The notes under the pieces are model-generated. The model searched no databases, was not told where the DNA came from, and was given only the letters and a program-made list of their open reading frames with translations. Below, piece after piece: positions 42,221-50,491 of a stretch of DNA of 57,156 nucleotides; position 1 is the stretch's first letter, and every line of letters starts with the position of its first letter. The translations under genes and the position numbers were made by a program. This DNA is from a virus (lineage: Duplodnaviria; Caudoviricetes). Location: positions 1 to 57,156 of IMG/VR virus record IMGVR_UViG_3300033067_000970. One strand, given 5' to 3'.

Positions 42221-42805
42221 ATGGCTCGCGAGAATCGTACGACGGTGAAGTCTGTGGAGAACGCCACTCTCTTTTCCGATGGGACCATCCTGCTGAAGAA
42301 CGTCCGGGCGTCCTACCCGCACGTCGTCACCCAGGGCAAGTTCGACGGCAAGGACAGCGGCTACTCCATCCAGGCGATGATGCCGAAGAAGTCCCACGCC
42401 AAGGCGATTGCCCTGGTGAACGAGCAGATCGAGAAGACCAAGACCGAGGCGAAGGTCAAGGTCGCGGCCGACAAGATCGCGTTCAAGGACGGCGACAACT
42501 CCGACAAGGACGCCTACGACGGCTGCATGGTCCTGTCGGCGCGTGAGACCAAGCGCCCCGCCCTGCGGGACGCGCGGAACGAGCGCATCGACGTCGACAA
42601 GGCGGACGGCATCTTCTACGGCGGCTGCTGGGTCAATGTTCTCGTCCGCCCATGGGCGCAGAACAACTCCTGGGGCAAGCGGATCAATTTCAATCTGCTG
42701 GCCGTCCAGAAGGTGCGTGACGACGAGGCGTTCGGCGAAGGCCGGATCACCGAGGACGAGATCGACGACACGTTCGCCGACGAGACCGAAGACCTCGACG
42801 TCTGA
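42221..42805 (+). CDS. DUF2815 / gp2.5-like ssDNA-binding protein
   Basis: VRASYP, FYGGCW, VQKVRDDEAFG, acidic tail. Confidence 0.88.
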   Translation: MARENRTTVKSVENATLFSDGTILLKNVRASYPHVVTQGKFDGKDSGYSIQAMMPKKSHAKAIALVNEQIEKTKTEAKVKVAADKIAFKDGDNSDKDAYDGCMVLSARETKRPALRDARNERIDVDKADGIFYGGCWVNVLVRPWAQNNSWGKRINFNLLAVQKVRDDEAFGEGRITEDEIDDTFADETEDLDV

Positions 42806-42814
42806 CGGAAGGAG

Positions 42815-42838
42815 GCCCCGCCTGGCAACGGGCGGGGC
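42815..42838 (+). other. GC-rich hairpin with GCAA tetraloop
   Basis: GCCCCGCCTG-GCAA-CGGGCGGGGC; no U tract. Confidence 0.7.
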
Positions 42839-42847
42839 TAACCGAGC

Positions 42848-43663
42848 ATGACAATCCTCGCCCACGACCACGAGACGGCGAGCGAGGTCGACCTGAAAGA
42901 AGAAGGGCTCGACCGCTACGCCTCGCACCCGTCAACGCGCGTCCTGATGACGGCCTACAAGATCGACGACGGGCCGGTGCGGCTCTGGACCGCGGAGCGC
43001 GGCAGGGCGTTCCCGTTGACCGAGATGCTTCTCGACCCGAAAGTCATCAAGGTGGCGTTCAACGCCCAGTTCGAGCGCACGATCGCCCGCAAGGTGCTCA
43101 AGATCGACACGCCCTACACCAACTGGCGATGCACCATGGCGCTCGCCTACTCGCAGTCCTACGTCGGCAACCTGGAGGACATCGGCAAGCAGATGGGCTT
43201 GTCGGAGGACAAACAGAAGAACAAGCGCGGCAAGGCGCTGATCCGCATGTTCTGCTCCCCCGACCGCAAGACCGGGCGCATCTGGAAGCCACACGAGAAG
43301 CCCGAGGAGTGGGAGGAGTTCAAGCGTTACTGCGTGCAGGACGTGATCGCCGAGGAGCATATCCGCGAGCGGCTTGAGCGGTTCCCGATCGCTGACCGCG
43401 AGTGGGACCTCTACGAGTTGGACCAGCGCATCAACGACACCGGCCTGCCGATCGACATGCGCTTCGTCAGCAACGCCATGCGGCTGTCCAAAGTCCGGCG
43501 CGACGCCCTGTTCGCCGAGATCAAGGCGATCAGCGGCGTGGCCAATCCAGGGGCGCCGGCACAGATGCTCGCCTGGTTGAAGACGCAAGGCTACCCTTTC
43601 GACGACATGCAGAAGGACACCGTGGTCAAGGCGCTGAAGGAGCGAGACGAGTATGACAGTTGA
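42848..43663 (+). CDS. Family A DNA polymerase, N-terminal part (3'-5' exonuclease to start of thumb)
   Basis: DHET ExoI, AFNAQFER ExoII, YCVQDV ExoIII, DQRINDTG. Confidence 0.9.
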   Translation: MTILAHDHETASEVDLKEEGLDRYASHPSTRVLMTAYKIDDGPVRLWTAERGRAFPLTEMLLDPKVIKVAFNAQFERTIARKVLKIDTPYTNWRCTMALAYSQSYVGNLEDIGKQMGLSEDKQKNKRGKALIRMFCSPDRKTGRIWKPHEKPEEWEEFKRYCVQDVIAEEHIRERLERFPIADREWDLYELDQRINDTGLPIDMRFVSNAMRLSKVRRDALFAEIKAISGVANPGAPAQMLAWLKTQGYPFDDMQKDTVVKALKERDEYDS

Positions 43664-44816
43664 CGTGATTCACGCGGACTGCCGCTGCGCCTTGGCGGCG
43701 ATGGCGTCGGAAAGCATCGACTCCGTGGTGACGGACCCGCCCTACCACCTGACCACCGGCAAGAAGGGCGGCACTGGCGAAGCCTCTGTCGACCTCGATA
43801 GCCCATACGGGCGATCGCGCATCACCGCCGGCTTCATGGGCAAGCAATGGGACGGCGGCGACGTCGCGTTCCAGCCAGACCTCTGGCGAGCCGTTCTGCG
43901 CGTCCTCAAGCCCGGCGGCCACGTCCTCGCCTTCGGAGGCACACGCACCTACCACCGTCTCGCCTGCGCGATCGAGGACGCCGGTTTCGAGATACGCGAT
44001 CAGATCGGTTGGCTCTACGGCACCGGCTTCCCGAAAAGTCACAACCTCGATGGCGACTGGCGGGGCTGGGGCACCGCCTTGAAACCCGCCTGGGAACCCA
44101 TCGTCGTCGCTCGCAAACCTCTCATCGGCACCGTCGCCGAAAACGTCCAAACTCATCGCGTCGGCGCCCTGAACATCAACGGATGCCGTATCCCAACCGA
44201 CGACAATCTGAACGGGGGAGCCTACGCCGCCGAAGGTGGCAGGTCCGTCTCGGGTTCCCTTCACGGCGGAAGCGGCATGAACCAACCCGGAAAGACGACT
44301 GGCAAGGAGTTCACACCTCCCCCCGGCCGATGGCCCGCCAACATCATCCACGACGGATCAGACGAAGTCATCGCGGCGTTTCCGGCCAACGCGGGAGGCG
44401 GATACGGAACCGAAAACAAAACATCCAGCGGGGTTTACGGCGCGTATTCAGGGGCGACTAAGGGGCGCCTTGTTGGATTTGGAGATGCGGGCTCCGCAGC
44501 ACGCTTCTTCTACACCGCAAAAGCATCCAAAGCCGAACGCCAAGGCTCCAAACACCCAACAGTCAAACCCCTCGCTCTCATGCGATACCTCTGCCGCCTC
44601 GTCACGCCGCCCGGCGGCACTGTCCTCGACCCCTTCGCCGGCACCGGCACGACCGGACAAGCCGCCCGAGAAGAAGGCTTCAACGCCGTCCTCATCGAGC
44701 GCGAAGACGAATACGTCGCCGACATCCGACGCCGTCTTGGCATCGAGGATAAAATTTCCGACGCGCTTCGCGGTCTAGGCGCCGCAGTCGATGCCAACAT
44801 TGGGGCACGCTCGTGA
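43653..44816 (+). CDS. DNA amino-methyltransferase (beta class, DPPY)
   Basis: VTDPPY, HPTVKP, LDPFAGTGTT. Confidence 0.95.
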   Translation: MTVDVIHADCRCALAAMASESIDSVVTDPPYHLTTGKKGGTGEASVDLDSPYGRSRITAGFMGKQWDGGDVAFQPDLWRAVLRVLKPGGHVLAFGGTRTYHRLACAIEDAGFEIRDQIGWLYGTGFPKSHNLDGDWRGWGTALKPAWEPIVVARKPLIGTVAENVQTHRVGALNINGCRIPTDDNLNGGAYAAEGGRSVSGSLHGGSGMNQPGKTTGKEFTPPPGRWPANIIHDGSDEVIAAFPANAGGGYGTENKTSSGVYGAYSGATKGRLVGFGDAGSAARFFYTAKASKAERQGSKHPTVKPLALMRYLCRLVTPPGGTVLDPFAGTGTTGQAAREEGFNAVLIEREDEYVADIRRRLGIEDKISDALRGLGAAVDANIGARS

Positions 44817-46072
44817 CCCCGGAAGCCGTCGCCGTCCTACGTCTCTATCAGAAGGCCACACGCGCCAGCGTGAAGAAATACAACGCCGTCGACAAGGGGA
44901 TCGGTGAAGGCGACAGGCTCCGCAACACCTTCCAGTTCGCCGGGGCGTCACGCACGAACCGTTGGGCCGGGAGGCGCTTCCAGCCGACCAACCTGACCCG
45001 GACGCCCAAGAGCCTTGAAAACGTCCTGCACGAAGCCACCGATGCGATCCGCAACGGCGACGATGACTACCTCGACGTGCTCATCGGCGAGCCCATGGAC
45101 GCCCTGGCGGGCTGCCTGCGCTCCGCGATCCGGGCGCAGAACGGCTACGAACTCAGGGCGTGCGACCTCAACGCCATCGAGACCCGCGTCATCGGCTGGC
45201 TGGCGGGATGCGAGAAGCTGCTGGACGTCTTTCGTCAAGGGCTCGACCCCTACAAGGCGTTCGCGGTCTATCTGTTCGACGTGCCCTATGAACAGGTGAC
45301 GCGGACCCAACGGAACGACAGTAAGCCGCCTACGTTGGGCTGCGGCTTCGGGCTCTCTGCCGGGGAGCAGGTCGGCGACAAGAAGACCGGCCTTCTCGGC
45401 TACGCCGACAAGATGGGCATTCCCTTCACGCCTGAGTTCGCCAAGCGCGCCGTCCGCATCTATCGGGAGACCTACGCCGAGGTGCCGCAGTTCTGGAACG
45501 CCATCGGCGACGCGGCCAGGGTGTGCGTGAAGACCGGCAAGACGCAGGAGATCAACCAATGGCTGCGGTTCGAGCGCCGCGGTTCCTACCTCGCGCTCCG
45601 GCTACCCTCGGGCCGCTACATCTACTACCTCCACCCGAAGATGCTGACGACCTGGTGGGCCAAGCACCCCTACACGGGCGCGATCAAGTCGCTCGGCCCC
45701 GACGAGCCCCGCGCGCAGCGCGCCAAGGCGAAAGGGTGGGAAGTGTTCGACCGCCTGAGCCTGACCTACATGGGCAAGCCGCAGAACAAGACGGGTTGGG
45801 AGCGTGTCATCACCCATCCCGCCAAAGTTTGTGAAAACGCGGTGCAGGCCGTAGCGCGCGACGTCCTCAAGGAAGGGATGCTGCGCGCCGACGCGGACGG
45901 CTTCAACATCGTCCTCCACGTCTATGACGAAATCTGCTGCGAGGAGCGCATCACCGACCGCTACCACTCGGTCGAACGCCTCGCCGAGCACATGAGCGCG
46001 CCGATCGACTGGGCGCCCGGCTTGCCGCTCGGAGCGGCGGGCTGGTCCGGCCCGTTCTACAAGAAGGATTGA
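44813..46072 (+). CDS. Family A DNA polymerase, C-terminal polymerase part
   Basis: GASRTNRWAG, motif A DLNAIE.R, motif B R...K...L, ENAVQAVARD, motif C HVYDE. Confidence 0.92.
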   Translation: MTPEAVAVLRLYQKATRASVKKYNAVDKGIGEGDRLRNTFQFAGASRTNRWAGRRFQPTNLTRTPKSLENVLHEATDAIRNGDDDYLDVLIGEPMDALAGCLRSAIRAQNGYELRACDLNAIETRVIGWLAGCEKLLDVFRQGLDPYKAFAVYLFDVPYEQVTRTQRNDSKPPTLGCGFGLSAGEQVGDKKTGLLGYADKMGIPFTPEFAKRAVRIYRETYAEVPQFWNAIGDAARVCVKTGKTQEINQWLRFERRGSYLALRLPSGRYIYYLHPKMLTTWWAKHPYTGAIKSLGPDEPRAQRAKAKGWEVFDRLSLTYMGKPQNKTGWERVITHPAKVCENAVQAVARDVLKEGMLRADADGFNIVLHVYDEICCEERITDRYHSVERLAEHMSAPIDWAPGLPLGAAGWSGPFYKKD

Positions 46073-46075
46073 GGG

Positions 46076-46306
46076 TTGAAACAGATATCGCTTGCGTCCG
46101 TCTATGGCCGCATCCGCATCGCCATCAACAAGGCCGGCACGCAGAAGGCGTGGGCCGAGGAGATCGGCGTCTCGCCGCAGTTCTTGAACGACGTCCTGCA
46201 CGGCAAACGCCAGCCGTCCGACCGGATGTTGAAACCGCTTGGCATAATCCGTCAAACGACGTATAGCGTGGAAGAGGAACCGACCGATGCCGCTCATTCT
46301 CGGTAA
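46076..46306 (+). CDS. XRE/Cro-like HTH protein
   Basis: TQKAWAEEIGVSPQFLNDVLHGKR. Confidence 0.75.
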   Translation: MKQISLASVYGRIRIAINKAGTQKAWAEEIGVSPQFLNDVLHGKRQPSDRMLKPLGIIRQTTYSVEEEPTDAAHSR

Positions 46307-46724
46307 ACCGTGGACATTCGCCGACCGCGACAAGCTGCGGGTGCTATGGGCGACGCAAGCGTCCGCCGCGGAGATCGGCGAGATGCTCGGCGGCCGGACG
46401 AAGAACTCCATCTTGGGGGAGGCCCACCGCATGAAACTGCCACTGCGCGCGACTCCGGCCAATCTTGCCAAGGAGGCGAAGAAGTCCAGCGCGCCCGTCG
46501 TGCGTATCGCGGGAGATGGCCTGACGCTGCCGCTGCCGCCGTCCGTCGCGCACATGGACCCAAAACAGTTCGGCCCTGCGCTCCCCAGCGTGCCGCGCTC
46601 ATGCACCTGGCTGGTGAGCCATGACCGCCCGTGGCGTGCCTGTGAGGCCGTCCTAGCGCCGGGGAAACCCTACTGTGTCGCGCACGCTGCGATCGCCTAT
46701 GTCGTGTTGGAGAAGAGGGCGTGA
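46287..46724 (+). CDS. gcrA: GcrA-like regulator
   Basis: WT...L..LW...SAAEI..LGGRTKNSILG.AHR.KL N-terminus; C.W...C...PYC..H..IAY C-terminus. Confidence 0.85.
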   Translation: MPLILGKPWTFADRDKLRVLWATQASAAEIGEMLGGRTKNSILGEAHRMKLPLRATPANLAKEAKKSSAPVVRIAGDGLTLPLPPSVAHMDPKQFGPALPSVPRSCTWLVSHDRPWRACEAVLAPGKPYCVAHAAIAYVVLEKRA

Positions 46725-47689
46725 TTCTGGTCGGAGACACGCGGAAGGTTCTGAAGACGCTTCCTGTCGAAAGCGTCCAGTGTTGCGTCACGTCGCCCCC
46801 TTACTTCGGCCTACGCGACTACGGCGTCGATGGTCAGATCGGGCTTGAGCCATCGCCCGACGAGTATGTCGCCGAATTGGTGGCTGTGTTCCGTGAAGTG
46901 CGGCGTGTGCTGCGGGCGGATGGGACGCTGTGGCTTAACCTGGGAGACAGCTACGCTCGCCAAGGGGGAGAGGGCGGCCACGGGCCTAATGCTCAAGTCG
47001 GCAACACAAAATCGCTTGAACAACGGCGGATGCTTGTCCCGCCGTCTGGGACAAAGCCCAAAGACCTCCTCATGATCCCCGCCCGCGTCGCGCTGGCCCT
47101 CCAGGCGGACGGCTGGTGGCTCCGCTCCGACATCATCTGGCACAAGCCCAACCCGATGCCCGAGAGCGTGACCGACCGACCTACGTCGGCGCACGAGCAT
47201 GTGTTTCTGCTGACCAAGAGCGCGCGGTATTTCTACGACGCGGAGGCGGTGAAGGAAGAGGCTTGTTATCCAGTTGGATCCCGCGAGGACGTGCCGAGGG
47301 GAGGGTTTCAAGGCAAAGGCTCGGATCCCAGGGGGCAAGAAGCATTCCGCGCCATTCGCGACACCCGCAACCTCCGCAACGTCTGGACCATCGCCACTCA
47401 GCCTTTCTCTGGCGCTCACTTCGCCACCATGCCGCCCGATCTGGTGGAGCGGTGCATCAAGGCAGGCTCACGCCCCGGTGACATGATCCTCGACCCGTTT
47501 GGCGGCGCGGGCACGACCGGGCTTGTCGCGCAGCGTCTAGGCCGCGACTACACGCTGATTGAACTCAATCCGACATACGCCGACATGGCGCGAGACCGGA
47601 TCAACGCTGAAACATCAGGGGTGGAGGGTGCTTTGGCGCGGCTAGGCAAGGAGGTGGAGAAGAATGCGCGAATCCGTCATCGAGCGTAA
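46721..47689 (+). CDS. DNA methyltransferase (beta class, SPPY; likely N4-cytosine)
   Basis: VTSPPY, HFATMP, LDPFGGAGTT. Confidence 0.93.
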   Translation: MILVGDTRKVLKTLPVESVQCCVTSPPYFGLRDYGVDGQIGLEPSPDEYVAELVAVFREVRRVLRADGTLWLNLGDSYARQGGEGGHGPNAQVGNTKSLEQRRMLVPPSGTKPKDLLMIPARVALALQADGWWLRSDIIWHKPNPMPESVTDRPTSAHEHVFLLTKSARYFYDAEAVKEEACYPVGSREDVPRGGFQGKGSDPRGQEAFRAIRDTRNLRNVWTIATQPFSGAHFATMPPDLVERCIKAGSRPGDMILDPFGGAGTTGLVAQRLGRDYTLIELNPTYADMARDRINAETSGVEGALARLGKEVEKNARIRHRA

Positions 47690-47930
47690 GGCGTGCGAGG
47701 CCGCGCGTTCGCTCGGCTGGGACAACCGGAAGATGGACAGCCGTCGCGGCGATCCTGACCGCTTGTTCTTCCGGAAAGGCGTCTATGTCTGGTGCGAGTT
47801 CAAGAAGCCCGGCAAGACGCCGACGCCCCTCCAACGGCGTCGGATGCTCGACCTCAAGGAGCGCGGCGAGCGCGTCCTGTGGGCCGACAACGTCGAGGAC
47901 GTGATCGCCTACCTGAAAGACGCCATGTGA
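47664..47930 (+). CDS. VRR-NUC nuclease
   Basis: ESVIE...G.PDR...EFKKPG....LQ. Confidence 0.85.
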   Translation: MRESVIERKACEAARSLGWDNRKMDSRRGDPDRLFFRKGVYVWCEFKKPGKTPTPLQRRRMLDLKERGERVLWADNVEDVIAYLKDAM

Positions 47931-49288
47931 CCGTCAGGCGTCTCCACGGCTATCAGCGCAGCGCCGTCAACTGGCTGCTGGATAACCCCGAAGGCGGCCT
48001 TCTCGCCGACCTCGGGCTCGGCAAGACGGCGATCATGCTCGACCTGCTGGCGTCGCTCAAACTGGTCTGGGACCTCCGCCGGGCGCTCGTCATCGGGCCG
48101 CTCCGCGTCGTCAACGCGACCTGGCCGGACGAGATCGCCGCGTGGCGCGTGCCGCTGTCCTGGTCGATCATAGGAGGCTCCGCAGCGCAGCGTCAGGCGG
48201 CCATGGAGGAGCCGACTGACCTCCACCTGGTCAACCGGGAGAACGTCGCGTGGCTGGTCGGCCAGCACGTCAAGAAGGTCAAGGGCAAGTGGACCCTAGT
48301 CAAGCCGTGGCCCTACGACGTCGTGATCGTGGACGAACTGACGTCCTTCGGCGACTCGCAGTCGGAGCGGTTCAAGACCCTCGCCCGCGTCCGGTCTCAG
48401 ATCAAGCGGTTCCACGGCATGACCGCGACGCCGGCCGCCGAGGGCTACATGAAGACCTTCGCCATGACCTACCTGCACGACCGCGGCGCGCGGTTCGGCA
48501 AAGGCGTCACGGCCTTTCGGGAGCGCTATTTCAACCAGAACCCCTACACCCGGCAGTGGACGCTGCGAGACGGCGCCGACGAGGAAATCCTCGCCAAGCT
48601 GCAAGGGGCCTTCCTGGTGATGCGTGCTGACGATCACCTGCCGCGCGACAAGCCCACCTATATCAACCGGCGGGTCCACCTGACCGACGCCGAGATGGCC
48701 CAGTACAAGGCGTTCGAGCGGGACTTCTTCACCGAGACACGCGACGGGACGGTCGTCGAGGCCGTCCACGCCGCGGCGCTCGCGACCAAGATGTTGCAAC
48801 TGTCGAGCGGCTTCATCTACGACGCCGATCGCCGGGCGCACTGGTTCCACGATCACAAAATCGACGAGTTGCGCCAGCTTGCCGAGGAGGCGGAAGGGGA
48901 AAACCTGATCGTCGCTTACTGGTTCAAGCCAAGTTTGGCGAAACTCCAGAAGGCGTTCCCTCACGCCGTCGTGATGGATCGCGAGGGAAAAGCTTTGCGA
49001 GACTGGAACTCTGGAAAAACTCGCATGCTTTTGATGCATCCGATGTCGGCAGGGTTCGGGCTGAACGCTCAATTTGGTGGTGCGACGATCGTGTTCTTTG
49101 ACATTCCGGCGCCCTACGAAGCGTATTTCCAGATGATCGGGCGAGTCGATCGCCAGGGGCAGATCAGGCCGGTGAAGGTCTATCACCTCGTCGCGGCGGA
49201 CACGGACGACGAACTGGTCGCCGTGCCACGCCTCGCCGCGAAGAAGAACGTGTCGGACTACTACCTGGATCGGCTCAAGAGCATCTAA
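47927..49288 (+). CDS. SNF2-like helicase
   Basis: GTG 47927; DLGLGKT, VDE, TATP, GLN.Q, GRVDRQGQ. Confidence 0.92.
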   Translation: MTVRRLHGYQRSAVNWLLDNPEGGLLADLGLGKTAIMLDLLASLKLVWDLRRALVIGPLRVVNATWPDEIAAWRVPLSWSIIGGSAAQRQAAMEEPTDLHLVNRENVAWLVGQHVKKVKGKWTLVKPWPYDVVIVDELTSFGDSQSERFKTLARVRSQIKRFHGMTATPAAEGYMKTFAMTYLHDRGARFGKGVTAFRERYFNQNPYTRQWTLRDGADEEILAKLQGAFLVMRADDHLPRDKPTYINRRVHLTDAEMAQYKAFERDFFTETRDGTVVEAVHAAALATKMLQLSSGFIYDADRRAHWFHDHKIDELRQLAEEAEGENLIVAYWFKPSLAKLQKAFPHAVVMDREGKALRDWNSGKTRMLLMHPMSAGFGLNAQFGGATIVFFDIPAPYEAYFQMIGRVDRQGQIRPVKVYHLVAADTDDELVAVPRLAAKKNVSDYYLDRLKSI

Positions 49289-49547
49289 GCCGCTTGTAGT
49301 AGTGCTTGGAGCACAGCCGTGTGCTGGCGTTGACCACCGCGTCGCGACAGTCCGGCGACACGCAGGGGAGCCGCCAGCGTTCCTCGGTGTGCGCCTGGCA
49401 GTAGCGGGACTTCTTGAACGAACGCGAGGCGCACCCCGGCTCGGCGCAAGTCTTCGACGGCCATCGCTCGCGGATGTAGCACCGCCGGCACTTGCCTGTG
49501 GCGTAGTGAACGCGCGAGCATCCCGGCGTGGAGCAATAACGGATCAC
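49275..49547 (-). CDS. Triple Zn-binding-repeat protein
   Basis: Three C-x4-C...C-x2-[CH] units. Confidence 0.65.
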   Translation of the reverse strand: MIRYCSTPGCSRVHYATGKCRRCYIRERWPSKTCAEPGCASRSFKKSRYCQAHTEERWRLPCVSPDCRDAVVNASTRLCSKHYYKRLRCS

Positions 49548-49873
49548 CCCATCCTCTCGCGCATCAGGTCGAGGATGGCGTCGGCGGCGGGTAGCCGCTC
49601 CTCGTCGTAAACCACGTCGATCAGCGCCTCCGCCACCTCCTCCCTCGTCGGCAGCGCGACGGGGGCGCGGCGGTTCCAGGCATCGGCGGCGTCCTGTTGC
49701 CAGTCTGGCAGGCCGCCCCAGTTGGCGCGCACATCGGGGCTTCGTGCGCCGCAATCGCATTCGATCCACGCCCATTTGCCGATCTGCGCCTTGCTGCCGC
49801 TGTCCGTCGCGAGGTTGTCGGTCATGTTCGGCACCGTGTCGCACCACGGACACGCCCTAAGCGCCTCGGTCAT
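49544..49873 (-). CDS. Lar-like restriction alleviation protein
   Basis: LRACPWC...IECDCGA...A..AWNRR. Confidence 0.75.
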   Translation of the reverse strand: MTEALRACPWCDTVPNMTDNLATDSGSKAQIGKWAWIECDCGARSPDVRANWGGLPDWQQDAADAWNRRAPVALPTREEVAEALIDVVYDEERLPAADAILDLMRERMG

Positions 49874-50082
49874 GGCATCCCTCCCTTTCCGATCTTCTCC
49901 CGCAACACGCGGCCGACGAACTGCGCGTTGCTCTCGCTCCGGTGCGGCTCGTAGCCATGCGAGCGGAGCCAGTCGGCCAGCAACTTGAACGAACGGATGG
50001 CTTCCTCGCCCTTGCGGATATCAGCCCGCAACTTGTCAGGGTCTGGTTTCCAGACGTGCGTGCTTAGCTCGTAGTGGCTCAT
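49870..50082 (-). CDS. Hypothetical
   Basis: ATGA-coupled chain. Confidence 0.6.
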   Translation of the reverse strand: MSHYELSTHVWKPDPDKLRADIRKGEEAIRSFKLLADWLRSHGYEPHRSESNAQFVGRVLREKIGKGGMP

Positions 50083-50258
50083 GGGGCGCGCTCCTTCTCT
50101 TGTTCCTCTGGCCACCGCCAGTCGCAGGCCACGCACTTCCAGTTGCGCCGCACGCGCTGGTCATGCTGGCCGGGCCGAGGGGTGGTCTGACCTGGCAGCG
50201 GATCACCCCATGTGTAGGTCGGGGCGCCGCACTTGGGGCATCGGTCAAGATCGCTCAT
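50079..50258 (-). CDS. Small Zn-ribbon protein
   Basis: CPKC...CVAC. Confidence 0.6.
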   Translation of the reverse strand: MSDLDRCPKCGAPTYTWGDPLPGQTTPRPGQHDQRVRRNWKCVACDWRWPEEQEKERAP

Positions 50259-50491
50259 CGCCCGGCCTTCCTGTTGTGCTTCACCCACTCGCGGACAAGT
50301 GCCATGTGCTCCGGTGTGATCGGAATTTCGCCGAGGTCCATCATCCGCGTCCGCCAACCGTGATGATAAGCGCGCGTGTGGTTGGCACCGGGCTCCGGGT
50401 CGCCGCGCTCGGCGCCTATGTGCCCGGCAACGATCTCGTCACTATCCAGCGCCAGCAAGTCGGCCAACGTCGTGACTGGTGCGTGGCTCAT
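50255..50491 (-). CDS. Hypothetical, flanked by 16-bp direct repeats
   Basis: ATGA coupling on both sides. Confidence 0.65.
   Translation of the reverse strand: MSHAPVTTLADLLALDSDEIVAGHIGAERGDPEPGANHTRAYHHGWRTRMMDLGEIPITPEHMALVREWVKHNRKAGR

Noticed and set aside
43658-44788. Ribosomal bypass joining the polymerase halves (AGT before the stop, in-frame AGT at 44786)
   Set aside because: A 1.1-kb hop far exceeds T4 gene 60 bypassing; a matching codon is expected by chance, and the second half has its own coupled start
43653-44816. Intein or group I/II intron in the polymerase
   Set aside because: Insert is in a different frame, fully occupied by the MTase ORF, and lacks splice-junction residues or room for a ribozyme core
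44813-46072. DpoZ / Z-genome or 7-deazaguanine system
   Set aside because: No purZ, datZ, dpdA or que genes recognisable
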